Assembly: GCA_964016885.1 (NCBI GenBank)
Contig: OZ024747.1
Location: 25,172,001-25,236,000, forward strand
DNA: 64,000 bases
Source: Eledone cirrhosa
Taxonomy: Eukaryota
Direction of reading: 5' to 3'
The notes beneath the pieces were generated by a model, which saw only the letters and a program-made list of their open reading frames with translations, was not told the DNA's origin and ran no database searches. The translations under genes were made by a program, and so were the position numbers. Numbering within the stretch: position 1 is the first letter of the stretch; the number at the start of each line of letters is the position of its first letter. This document shows positions 44,559-57,243 of this stretch, piece by piece.

Positions 44559-45136
44559 TATATATATATATATATATATGAAACAAATATTGGGAATTCT
44601 GGCATTCAGCATTATTAAGTTCACATCCTACCTATGCATTGCGTGTACGTGATGTGCAGCATTCGGCGCTTTTCAAATGTTTTATTTGATAGATCCCTTG
44701 CTAAAAAAAAAAAAAAAAAAAAAAAATTCTATTCATCCACAAAACTAGCAGTTAGTCTACATGATCCAACAATTTTTGCTCTCTCTTTATAAACGGATTA
44801 ATAAATGCAAACTAGTAAATTCACTCCCTCTGACTCCTTCAGCTTTTCCCTCCACCTTTGAAAATGTTTTATTCATTCTTAGGGGTCTATATTAAAACTT
44901 TGAGAAACCCTGCAACAGTCGATTTAATCAATCTCAGATATTTTATTTTATCGGCTCCAGAAAGAGGAAAAATGAAGTTAACTTCAGTGGGGTTTCAACC
45001 CAGATAGTAAAGGGATGTAATAAATATTGTACTGAATCTATAACTCTATCAACTGTACGATCTACCGCCCTAGTTTCAAAATTATATATATATTTGCATT
45101 TCATTTTTAATAATTTCATTATTATTATTATTATTA

Positions 45137-46021
45137 CTCGGAGAGATCCTAGGCGTCGAAGAAGATCAGCTGTTTGCTCTCTTCCGGAGAACTTTCAGCC
45201 CAGGGCCTATGGATAACTTCCAAAAATCCCTGGCCTGTCAGTGCTTCCGGGGAACGTTGCCGGTTCGAGATAAGCTCTACAAACACGGAAGTGCCGTCAG
45301 CCGAGCCTGTCCGAGATGCGCGCAGAGCGACGAAACCGTCGTGCACGCACTCGTTCAGTGCCCGAGCACGGCTGACTTGTGGATCTATGTCGAACAGTTG
45401 CTGTCGCGTGTAGCACTAATCCGGTTATCGACTGAGTCTATTGTGCAGATGGTCTCGCCGTCTTCCTTTGAGGAGGAGGGGCAGGCGGTTTTCATTTGCT
45501 TGGTGGCCATGGCGAAAGAGATTGTGTGATGGACAATGTTAAAAGGGTTATATACAGACACTTTCCTCTTCGGCGAATCCCTAATTAACTTTTTCAAGTT
45601 TCACTTGAAGAGGAAAATCAGGGTGGAGAGGCGAGTGCTGCCTTCTAGCAAGTTTGTTGAAAGGTGGGTGAATGTAGCGAGAATGGTCCGAGTGAACGGG
45701 ACCGCTCTGAATATACGTCTGTAGTTTGAGAAATGGAAAAATTGAGAGAGGGTGCTTGCTCTGGTGGTCAGGGTGGCCGTGGTCTTTTGTGTGGTTTTCG
45801 CCACGAGTAACCCTCGGAGGTCCCCCCCCCCCCCTATTGGGGAATTCTTCATTGTTTCAATTTTCATTTTTATTGTTTATATATATATATGTTTCTATGT
45901 CTTTTTTTTCTTCTTTTCTTATATAAATAATAAAAATCTTTACACGCACAAAACCCACATCGTACCGTCCTGTGCCGTCTAATGTTTTTCTTGATGTCAG
46001 CCCTTGTGGCCAATAAAGAAA
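45137..46021 (+). mobile_element. 5'-truncated Tx1-type LINE inserted in (ATT)n
   Basis: MDNFQKSLACQCFRGTLPVRDKLY...CPRC...ETVVHALVQCP matches the ORF2 C-terminus at 57360-57780. Ends cccttgtggccaataaagaaa and has (ATT)n on both sides. Confidence 0.9.
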
Positions 46022-46070
<49 letters not shown>

Positions 46071-47079
46071 CTTAGTAATTTAAATTTTACTTTTAAAAAA
46101 GTGTATAAATCATTCCTAAATTTGCATAGATAAAATTGCTAGATATGTGGTAAAAGATAAAGTGATGTCCATATGCTTGTTGTCATATTTCCTTTTCTTT
46201 TACTAATAAACCATTCGGAATTTACATATATAGATCAATCAGATACCATTCGTTTTCATTTTATTGTGTACGGTGATTGTAGTCTACTCAAAACGAAAGA
46301 TCGTTATAAAAACACTAAATATTTTACGGAAGAAAATAATTTTCAAAACAGCTATATTGACTTAATATGTTGAAAGAAGGGGAGACAACTTGGGTAAACT
46401 ATTGTGGAAGATAATTCGATGCAATTACTCAGAGATGTTAGTTAATAGACAGAGAAAATCTAATGTTTGAAATTCCATGTCACTTGAATTTAAATGAACT
46501 TAACACTTTTGTAGCTATACTGAATTTTTTCTTCGTAGTTTTTTTTTTAGATAATCTCAACTTGATTCCATTATGTTCAGACCTAATATATATCTCAACT
46601 GATGATAGAAATTGCAATTTACTACATCAAAAATTGAACATCGCTCTTTTCGCCGACAACGAAATGTTTGTCATTGTCTGAAGTATCAGGTGATGATCGT
46701 GAAGGTGCTTAGCTATTCCAGCACCTTAGCCTCGTCATTACCCGCAGTGAATAGCTGGGTCACTAACAACAAGGTTTTTGTCAAGGTTGGCGGCTTGCCT
46801 TACTGAAGTGTCAGGCGATGCTCTTGATGAGGGTGCTATTCCAGCACCTTAGCCTTGCTATCACCCATGGTGACGATCTGGACCGTTAACAAGGATTTTG
46901 TTATCATTGGTGGATGACCTTACTGAAGGTGAGGGCGACAAATTATTACGCCGGTCCTCCGTTCTTTAATAGAGTACAGCTGAGTCTCTAGGCACTGACA
47001 CCGCCAGGATGACACCACCGTGCATGATAGAGAACTTCAAGCCCATAACTCACTAAACATAGAGTTGAAGATTTTGGAA

Positions 47080-47700
47080 AAGGTTTTTGCCAAGAGTCGG
47101 GTGCTTGTGGTCGATCGGTAGTATATCAGAAACACACAGGCCTATGAGATACATAGCAGAGCGATCCACAGCTTCCACCTTTGGCGATATACTGTAGAGC
47201 GAGTCAAGAATAGATCTGGCTTTCGATGGGGCACTGGTCAACCTAGACCAATTGAAAACTTTTGGCAGGATCAACCATTACCACCTGGAAATTGTCCTAA
47301 GTGCGATCGGTTCCTCTCCTATTCTCAGATGCGAGATCACTGCAATATACAGCGGCATTGGGCCAAACCAATGCCTGGTCGATCCGCTTGGCTTTCAGGT
47401 ATCCCGACTCCACTCTGGCTCTTCAATATTTTACCCCATTAGAACTAAATGGAATATTAATAAGTAAAAATGGACGGGCCTCCAAGCTTTCCGTCAAGTT
47501 AACCTTATCACTAATAGGGTCCTGTCTGTCCATTGATCAAACTAAGGTGCCACCCCTGGAAACCATTTTGCGCCGCAATGCCTTAATCGCCTCTGTCTAT
47601 GTGTTGACGCTGTAGAGAATAGATATTGAAGAACAACTGAATCACAGGAGGGCCGGGTCTGCAGACGTAGATGACGTCACCGTCATTATGTCGAAGAGTG
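47080..47700 (+). mobile_element. Old Tx1-type RT remnant
   Basis: GALVNLDQLKTFGRINHYHLEIVLSAIG and SADVDDVTVIMS align with GALINLDQSKAFDRVDHRYL and SAYADDMTVMVS of the full element. Confidence 0.7.
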
Positions 47701-47910
47701 CAGTGAGAGCCTCCCTCAAATGGAAACCAGAAAGAGGTAGGAAACAAGGTAGACCCGTCAAAACCTGGTTGAGGTCTGTGGGGGAAGAACTGGCGAACAT
47801 GGGCCTAGCCTGAGAGCAGACTCGTAACAAAGTTTGCAACCATGCGGAATGGAGATCTTCCGTCACCCAGTGCTCCATAGAGAGCCAAAGAAACTAAAGA
47901 AGAAGAGTTC
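47700..47910 (+). mobile_element. RTE-like LINE 3' end
   Basis: ASLKWKPERGRKQGRPVKTW...EWRSSV followed by a (GAA) tail. Confidence 0.65.
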
Positions 47911-48451
47911 GCTCTGCCTCCAAGGAAACTGTTAAACACACACACACACGTTGGACCTCCCTTGGTTCCAACGATGAATATTCCAGTTGTTTAATCAACG
48001 GAAAAACCTGATCATAAAATCAACGTGCATTTCACGGGTACGTGTACCTCTTAATGTAGTCTTCAGGCAGATTCAACACGACACAGTGTGTAACAAAACG
48101 AGCCCTCTAAAATACAGGCACAACTCATTTCTTTTTCCAATTGAAGGGAATCAAAATCATGACGTTATGATTTGGAACCGAAGACGCTAACCGATAAACT
48201 ACGCTCCCTCACACCTACATATAGCAATTTATATTTTGCAATTTTTAACTGTTTTCTTTTCCTTTTCATATCATAATATATATATATATATATATAGAGA
48301 GAGATTTTGAGTATATGTTGGTTGTATACCAACACCTCAGTATGCAGACTGGAGCACTCGACGAAGTGCGCAGGTTGGTTTGGTTACTCCGGAGTAATGT
48401 AAAATAAAGTTAAATAAAAAGTCAAATGTTTAAAATTTAGCTTCGTTTATT

Positions 48452-48506
48452 ACTGCTATATATATTTCAATGACAGCCATCTTTGGCTGTGACCTCTTCA
48501 GGCAGT
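48452..48506 (-). ncRNA. Minimal type-I hammerhead ribozyme (near intact)
   Basis: Minus strand reads ACUGC-CUGAAGA-GGUC-ACAGCCA-AAGA-UGGCUGU-CAUU-GAAA-UAUAUA-UA|GCAGU: perfect 5-bp stem I, 7-bp stem II core and palindromic stem III. Confidence 0.85.
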
Positions 48507-48620
48507 CCGAATTAGTGTGGTATAGACAAGTACATATGTTGTTGAGGTGTATAATTTTGTCAATACTCTGATATGCCCAGTTCCTGGTTGGGTTGTTATT
48601 TCACTGAGGAACTGGAATCT

Positions 48621-48667
<47 letters not shown>

Positions 48668-48670
<3 letters not shown>

Positions 48671-49124
48671 TGGCGGTGGGACTGGGTGGGCGGGGGAAGG
48701 GGTCATGACCCCGCCCCCAATAATTATATATTTTCTCCCCAAATTACCAAAACATCTATTTGTATATGCACTATAATTTATATACATGTCATGTTTATCG
48801 CATATCGAAGTGTTTTATATCTTGGTTAATATTTGGTAATAACAGTGTAATATATTATGTTAACCTTCGTAGTACACTTTTTCTCCACATATCACTATTT
48901 GCCAATTGCTAGTATGTGTATTCACAGACAGGATTTCATAGGTCATTTTTGCTATAATCACTTTATGATTATTAAAAGCTGTAAATGTAATATGACCTGT
49001 TTAGACTCAAATTACATTTCCTGACCAATTTAGAGTGCAAATAGCTCATCTAATCACCACTACAATTGAATTGACCAAATTTTCCACCGCCCCTCCCAAT
49101 TCAGAAATGCTTCCACCGCCCCTG
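48668..49124. mobile_element. hAT-like MITE in (TA)n
   Basis: TIRs CAGTGGCGGTGGGA / TTCCACCGCCCCTG. Confidence 0.75.
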
Positions 49125-49274
49125 ATATATACATACATTAAAATAACAATAGAAAGCCGGACTGGAAAATTTACAGTCTTTCTCCGAATAGAATCGGTCT
49201 TCTATGTTCAATATTTCTATTTTCTATCCTCTGTTTGTGTTCAATGTAATCCTGTTGTCTAATTTCGCACATAA

Positions 49275-49345
49275 CACCTGATGAAATCGCCTAGTCTTGC
49301 ATCGTGATCGGATAATAGAGCTGGGCCATCGAAATATGTATAGTG
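49275..49345 (+). ncRNA. Type-I hammerhead ribozyme (partly decayed) inside a ~40-bp inverted repeat (49134-49174 / 49370-49410)
   Basis: CAC-CUGAUGA-(decayed stem II)-GAAA-UAUGUA-UA|GUG. Confidence 0.65.
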
Positions 49346-50188
49346 CTTTCGCGAAATTAAAATTCTAAAGTAAATTTTCTAGTCCGGCCTTCTATTGTTG
49401 TTTTAATGAATACTTAACTCTGTTCTTGCACCAGCCACTGGATACCACATCCATGAAGGATGATTTGCATAACGTCGAGTGCTTTAATTAATTTATTGTA
49501 TCATCATTTACCAACCGGAATTACTAGTTCTACCCATTGGTAAGCAGCCTAACATAAATCATATATATATATATATATATGGTGGCTGCCAACTCGTTTT
49601 CGAGTACGGCCACTACTTTATATCCATGTAGGAGAACCCCTACCGATGCGCTGAACGAGTGTGACTTTTTAGTCCAGCCAGCGACTTGAAAACTCTGGTA
49701 CAAACACTACACTTGTGACAATTATTGACACATAGTGCTGGGCCCATGGTACCATGTTACGACAGGTGCAGAGAGATCTCCAGATATAAAGCAATGCCTG
49801 TGCCGTGAAGCTTTTATAGTGAGCAAAGACACTGCACAAAGCCAGTCCCACTCTCTTAACCAAGATGATATTTACCAAAAAGAAGAACAAGTCAACATCA
49901 TTGGATACCATCAGGGTTGCAGGTGTTATATCAGAGTTTTCCTTCTCCTAGAATTCTGCCTTGACAAAGGCTAAGGGGTCATCTCTCCCAGTGATTTTGG
50001 ATGGCCATTGACTCTTAAGAGCTCCTTTGCCCTTTGACAGGTTTTGTTTTTAGTCCTGCAGGATGTCCAAAGTCACCCTCCTCACCAAGAAACCTTGGTG
50101 GGGTTGCCAGTTTAGTCGCCAACGACCCGACCATGAGACAGGTTGTACTGGGATACATGTTACCAGTAGCACCAAGTGGTGACCTGAC

Positions 50189-50227
<39 letters not shown>

Positions 50228-50694
50228 GTGTATGTGTGTGTTTGTGTTTCCTGTCTGATGATCCTGCGAGTGAGTAACAACACTCACCACATAGCTATTT
50301 AATTGAATATTTAAACCCTACTTCAGTATGGAGTATTTTTTCTGTCAATAATACATGGATATGTGTGTGTGTGTGTGTGTATATATATATGCGTGTGTGT
50401 GTGAGAGTGTCAACAAGAAGAAAGTCCACTCTATATATAAACAGACCAAACTTATGATTCGTATACACGACCTTAGATTTCATGGGTTGACAAGTTTTCA
50501 TGATTGCAATCGCTTAGTGAGGTGCATATTTAGAAAATAGCTGATTTAGTGGAAAGTCTTGCGAAAAATAGAGTTTAACATTTTTAATAGGTCAAGTGGA
50601 GGTTGGTTAGTTGTTGTTGATTGTTAAAGCTCTTTCGTCACAAAAACAAGATGGTGTAAGACAGAACTAAGGAGAGACACAAAATAACACATTA

Positions 50695-50737
50695 GTCACT
50701 GAAGAGGTCACGGAACGTGTGACGAAAGAGCTTTGAC
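50695..50737 (+). ncRNA. Minimal type-I hammerhead-like motif with adjacent inverted duplication (50620-50642)
   Basis: GUCA-CUGAAGA-G-GUCAC-GGAACGU-GUGAC-GAAA-GAGC-UU|UGAC. One extra nucleotide before stem II and a CUU triplet. Confidence 0.65.
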
Positions 50738-51019
50738 AATAAATAAACAACCATCCGGTTATTAAACCAACCAACTGGAAATTTGTAATAAATTGAAGTG
50801 AAAACCAATAAGTGTGTGTGTTTTTATTGGCAACATGACCCTCGTAAAGTATAACAATATGTTTCAACACGTTTTCACATAAGAAATCTTGCAAAAGAAA
50901 TACAAAAACGAAGTACAAGTCACTTAAAAACGTCACAAAATATAAACCCAGAAATCTAGATGGTTGGTGAAAAACCCAGACTGAAGGAAATTAGCACCTT
51001 GGACAGCCCCGATTACTTA

Positions 51020-51142
51020 TCAAATAATTGTTTCTACTTTAGGCATAAGGCCAGCAATTAACCCAGTACATTACTGGTACTTTATTTTATCGACCCCGTA
51101 AGGATGAAAGGCAAAGTTAACCTCGGCGGGATTTGAATTCGA
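51020..51142 (-). mobile_element. Family-A SINE, 5'-truncated reverse copy (another at 52665-52742)
   Basis: Reverse complement of the 1900-2010 segment. Confidence 0.8.
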
Positions 51143-53619
51143 GACGTTTGGTGGAGTTGGGCCGCTGACGGCGAAGTTCTTGTCATCAATGGCAGCTCAC
51201 CTTACTGAGGTGTCAGGTGATGCCCGTGAGGGTGTCTGATTATTTCAGCGCATTAGCCTCGCTATCATCTGTGATAATGCTGCGAGCGTGTTGGCTTGCC
51301 TCAAAGTGTGTAGTTAACCCCTAAGGGGCGGCCGATTGTCGCACTTAGTGGTGACCCCCCCCCCCCCCCCCCTTTTTTTTTTCTTCTTTACTTTATCATT
51401 ATTATTTAATGAATTTTATATTATTATATTTTTATACACCTTGATAAAATAAAAAAAATCCTTTTCTTTTTTAAAAAAGTACATATCTCGGCACTTATTG
51501 TATTGTCCTATGTTGACCCCAGAAAGAATTAAACTTAGATTTAAACAGGCGCTTTGATGATTCTGCTACAGCGTCGCCTTTAAAAAATAACGACCACAAT
51601 TTCCCACTCATTAAAAGCAGGAAACTTATTACATTGTATTTGGTATCGTAGTGAAGTACATTCTAGGCAACAGAGATATTTGAATAAATTATTATTATTA
51701 TTATTATTATCTTTTTAAACAAATAAACATGTAAGCATATACTTTCTTTTGCAACTCTTTGTAGTTTCTAAACTTAAACAACACCAACAGCACAACACAA
51801 AAAGGGAAGAAAGAAGGCAGTTTCATTGAAATGAATTTAATACATTTCGTTTTAACTTTATCAAACCTTGAGGATAGGCGAAACTTTGCTTTGTGAAGCG
51901 TTCTCACGTGACTCAACGTTCTATGCTGTCTCGGACAGGCCTTTGTAGCAATTAGAGAGAGAAGAAAGAAAAAGAAAAAAACACTGCCAGTGCTACACTT
52001 CAAACATACAATATACTCTTTTGTACAAGTGACGGGGGGAGAAAGTGAATTACTTTATAGCCTAGATGAGGAGAGATATTCTCTGCTTCTCCCTTTCTTT
52101 CCCTAAAAAATACTTAGTAATTAGAATGCGCCCAATGACCGCCTATTTTTACTTACTATAATAATATTCTTAAATATATATATTTTTTAAATTTCATATC
52201 TTAGTATCTTTCGGTGCAAAAAAGGCCCCCTTGTTCTTTCATCACTTACTTATTGTCATCAGAGACAACCACACACCAAAAATGTTATTTTCAAACTGAC
52301 ATGCTATTAAATTGTTCATGTTCACTCTATCGACTTAACTTGACTGAGAGATTCATCCTATTTAATCATATGACTGAAAGTTTACAACCAACATCATGAA
52401 TCTGAATTTACATTCGGCTATATTTCCCCTGTCTACTCATTTCAATTCAAGATTGTTTTCTATATGTTCACGTCCATTCTCTTTCTCCAATGAAAATCAA
52501 GATATTTCTACCGTTAACTTTCCCCAATATTTTTAACTGTTTAATGATAGAATTAAAGCTAAAATTGGGAAATTATAATCATAGAATTCAATACGTATCT
52601 TTACCGATAAGAGTATCACTGCTACAGGATTTCTTTTTAATTTGGATTTGGCATTCTGATATCAAATAATTGTTTCTACTTTAGGCACAAGGCCAGCAAT
52701 TACTCAGTTCATTACTGGTACTTTATTTTATCGACCCCGTAAAAATAATGCTGTCCAGCATATATCTTACTTAAAACACTTTATAAAATTCACATCTGGA
52801 TAAAATATTTAAACTCTGTGTCATTTGAAGTAAACATTTTAATAAATGTATGGTATCCTTGATTTATTAAAAAAAATATTTACAATCTGTTTTACAAATA
52901 TTTCAGCACAAAATGGTTGTACTAATTCTACTAAACCACTCCTAATTTGTGTCAATCTAAAATAACATAATTGGAACTGGGTACGATAATTAATTGCAGA
53001 GAAAAAAAAGGTTTATTAGATTTTCATTGTTTTTTAGTAATTTCCCAGTCGGTATTATTCATATAAATTAAAAAGACCGTAGTCGAAAAAGAATTACAGT
53101 ATATTAAAAAAAAAAAAGCAAGAAGTTTAATAATTTCATAGATCATCGGAAAGAAGTCCAAAGCATCCCATATACAGTAAAAATTCTTGTAAGTATTAAA
53201 TAATTCAAACAATTCTTCATTAATGTTTTTTAGCTCAAGGCCAACCCTAATTGTACTGACCTAATGTTTCAATACTGTTTTACATGGGATACAGCAAAAA
53301 AAAAAAAAGCGGACAAAAACGCACACTACAAAAAACCCTATGACAAAATTCCCAAACCTTCCGGGCATAACACAAACAAACCTACACAGTAAAGAATAAA
53401 ACAATAAAATATCTAGTTATGGTTTTTGATAATTAACATGAAATGTAATTCACCTTATAAAGAATAAACTAAAATCATATTCAAATTCTCTATTACTCTT
53501 TACTATGTAGAGTTTTTGTCCGGTAGGGTGGGAATCTTGTCTGGTTGGGTCACGTCCTTGGGGTTTTGTCATCCTCGTTTAAATATTTATTGAACAAATT
53601 TCAATTGAATAGTTTTTTT

Positions 53620-54820
53620 ATCTGCTGAAACTTTCTTTCCTTACTAAATGGAAAAAGTGATTAAAAAAAAAGTGTACAATATATATGACAATAAAAAAAT
53701 TTTTTAAAAAATTAAGCATCGAAAGAAAGGGTAAGAGGGAGGTAGCGACAGACTCTACATCCCTGTATGGGCGGTGTTTCAAATGCGCCCCACGGACAAT
53801 AGGCAAAGACATTACCGCGGAGAACGGCCAGTGACACCCGCCGCAATATTCACCCCACCTTGCGGGGCTCTTTCCTCAGACGGAGTATCGAGTGATCACG
53901 TCTTAAACAAGTCTCTAAGAAATCATCCCGCCAAGCACTGTTAAAGGCATTTCACATGTCCAGCTTCATTAGAAGATGAAGTGACGAAGGTGACGGGTGC
54001 CGCATGAGAAGCCGCCTCACATCCGCACTTAACTTCCACTCCGAGCTGGACAGGGTTTAGTACTCGTTAGGCTATCTCTGTCGCAAGTTGCCGAAAGACC
54101 TTGCGTACCGCAATGGGTCGGATGCGTCCGTCATTCTTCTTCAATTCAGTCAATTTGGCCGAGAAGAAAAAATCACAGTGGGCCGGAGTACCGTGTAACT
54201 CGAGGTCAGCACATTGCACCGCAACAGGAAAGTTGTCCTCAATTAATTTACGATTGACTCGGCCACGGAACCGTTTCGTACAATCGGAAGAGGGCTGCCT
54301 GCGCAGTGTCAGCGTAGGTGAGCAGCATGAGAAAAATGAGTGACCCGAGGGTGAGGGGTGGCAGAAGGAAGCGATGTTGCCTCTGAGCTTCGAAGTCAGA
54401 GAAGGGACCGAACCCTCCCCTGCCATCGGGATCCCAAGTATGAGAGTCGCAAAACTGAAAAATTTGTTTCAGTCTTGCGGCTGCTGGAGTCAAGTCTTGG
54501 TTGATGGACGACGCTAGCCCTTCGGCAGCGAGTGTGCAGGTAGTGCCACCGGTGCAGGGATTCTGACGAGCGTCTAGTGAGTCTGATGCAAGAAAGGTGA
54601 AAGAAATTGTTACAGTTGGAACACTTCCTTTCTTCCACCCTTGCGTATGACACTGCTCAACTTTCTGCGGTGTGGGTTGAGGAGAGGATAAATATAAAGG
54701 AGCCTCGGGCATTTCTCGAGTTGAGCTGGTGATGTGGCTGGATGGGAGTTCAGCCGTGCCTGAGTTTAGGGAACAACTGGAGTTTGTTCTCTCATAAACT
54801 GAAAAATACATGCACACGAA
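53620..54820 (-). mobile_element. Internally deleted CRE-clade retrotransposon with PHD finger, RT N-half and RLE C-terminus
   Basis: CSNCNNFFHLSC..L......W (PHD-like); LKKNDGRIRPIAV, LNPVQLGVEVKCGCEAASHA and KLDM*NAFNS (RT); LRRVSLAVLRGN (RLE end). Confidence 0.8.
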
Positions 54821-55699
54821 TTATATCGCATACTTCAACTGTGGTTATTGAAATAAATCGTAAAACTAAAGAAAAATGGTGTTGTGAAATAAAAATCGCG
54901 AGACTATAATAACCTATTTTGAAGCATTTACTTTCTTGTTTCGGTAATTAAGTAAAGTCAAATTTCTCCCTTCCCCATTATTACTGGTTTTAATTTTAAT
55001 TACGCCCTGCGAGACTGTATTTTATGTATACACTTAATGCAGAGAGCTCCCTTCAGGCGTTTTTCGTGTCTCGTCTTTGTTGACACAATTATGCGCTGAT
55101 TATAATCAGCGCATAATTCCTTTCTCTTCCCCAACATCTATAATTAACCATTTTTGTCTAACCAAATTGCTGAGTAAATGCGCTTCGCTGAGAAGGTTTA
55201 ATAAGATCAAAACAAGTCCATTTTCAGCCAATTGGCTTTATAGTCAAGGTCCACTCCTACTGCATTGTCTTTGATTGTTCCAAAAGACTTAGATAAGCTC
55301 AGGCTATATGAGTTCTCTCCCCTATTTTCTCATTATCTGAACAGCACCGCAGCAATAACAACAATTGCCTAGCTAATCACATCAACCGTTTCTAGATGCT
55401 TAAAAAAAATGTAAATCTGCAGTAACAAACCCAGTGCAACTATTCGTCTGGGATTCTGTTCTTCAGAGTGGCAGAGCGGACGAACGGGATGGGTGGAAGA
55501 ATCTGACAAACTCCATCTATTGGTTTGCATTGTTACCGTTGGCCATTAGATGCACATACGTGCATATACAAGACACTACTAAGCTACATTGTGTTAGTTA
55601 TTATTATTTTATTTCAGTAAAACAGAATTTATTGCAATATCCAGTAGTTAAAAAAAAACAACTGTATAATATACATAGCAATAAGCAAACAAAAAGATA

Positions 55700-55915
55700 A
55701 AAAAAAGGGGGGGGGGATTAAGCAATGAAAGAAAGGAAGAGGAGAAGGGGGAGACAGACTCTACACCCTATTCTGAGCGGTGTTTCAGCTGCGCCACGCG
55801 GATAAAATGGTAAAGGTATTGTCACGGGAATGGCCAGCGACACCCGCTGCAAAAGCCACTCCACCTCGTGGGGCTCCTTCCTCCGATTTTACGAGGACAC
55901 CTAGGATGTCGACTT
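55700..55915 (-). mobile_element. CRE-clade 3' end fragment
   Basis: EVEWLLQRVSLAI..DNTFTILSA, with a 3' UTR (gaaacaccgc...gtagagtctgtc) shared with 53740-53800 and 63380-63415. Confidence 0.75.
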
Positions 55916-57243
55916 CAGAAAACTTAGACATTTTTAACAAAAGACACAGGAACACTTGAAACACTGTCAAATTTAATTTTATTTGACTTTATGCACATAC
56001 ATGTGGTTTGGTTAAGAAGTTAGCTTCGCAATAAGTCCCGAGGTCGACCCCATTGCGTAGCATCTTAGCCCCAAGTCAACCTAAACCTTATGAGTGAAAC
56101 TGAGTAGGCAGAAACTGTATGTAGGTCCGATGGATGAACTGTACCTGTAATTCAAACTGCCGGTCTTGTCACTCCGAATGTCCCTGAGAATTAAGGATAC
56201 ACGTGTCTGGAATACCCAGTCACTTGCATGTTAATTTTATGAGCAAGCTGTTTTGTTGAACAACTGGAACACTCATCGTCGAAAACGATGCAGGTCCGTT
56301 CATCACACATGCATTGTCGTTACCGTTGTCCTTGTATGTATTAATAAAACAGAAGGCGTTAGCCAGCCAGAACTGTCGATAGTACTGTACGAAATAATAC
56401 GTAGTCTGAAGTTAAGAAAAAGTGGGTTACATTTGTCATCTAACGCTACTGGTTGTACGGTACTTACTAAGCTGTTTATTTTAAAATGTGTATATATTTA
56501 ATTTTATGTTAAAAACTTCTTGTAAATTTGTTCCAAACACCAACTTAATAATGAGAAAATTAGTTATATTACCATAAGCCTCCATATTCTGGAATATTTT
56601 CAAAGTTATTTAAAAAATCATCGACAGTGTCTTCCATGAGAAATACGGTAACGAAAGTTTTTAATATTTCACGCTATTTTTCGGAATAAGAACACACATA
56701 ATTAGTGTTTTATTGCTTCTAACACCTGACATAACTTTAATGTCTTAACACAAACATAATATATGTCTTCAAATTTAATTTTGGTCTATCTAAAGTTGTA
56801 CTGTTGAGAGGGTTATATTTGTCTCCCTAAACTACCAAAACACACATGTGCTACAATTTATGTACATGTTATGTAGAGCCAGAGGAAAAAGATAGATACA
56901 TAGAGAGGGAGAGTTTGGTGGTCATTGATATAGAGAGGAAGGTTGGGAGAGTGTGTAGTATATTAGATATAGAGAAGAGGAGAGATTGATGTTTAATTAT
57001 ATAAATTTCTATTTATTTGCCACCAGGGCATCAAAGATTGGGACAAATACAAAGGGGGGAGTTTACATACATTTAAAAAGACGTGTAAAAAACATATAAC
57101 AAATTAAATTTAACAATCGATGTCCTCAATAGGGAGGGGCGTTGACATGGGTTGCACACACCCCCGAAAAAATGTGGAACCTCCTCTTCAGGAGCACAAA
57201 GAGCGGGTACTTCCTTCCTCTTCTCATTCTTCTCCTCTCTCAC

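Noticed and set aside
50250-50295. CTGATGA followed by a small stem
   Set aside because: No GAAA/UH or stem I downstream; not a complete hammerhead.
53284-53296. tgggatacagca (WDTA) as a Rab18 exon
   Set aside because: Followed by a poly-A run rather than GQE, and has no splice signals.
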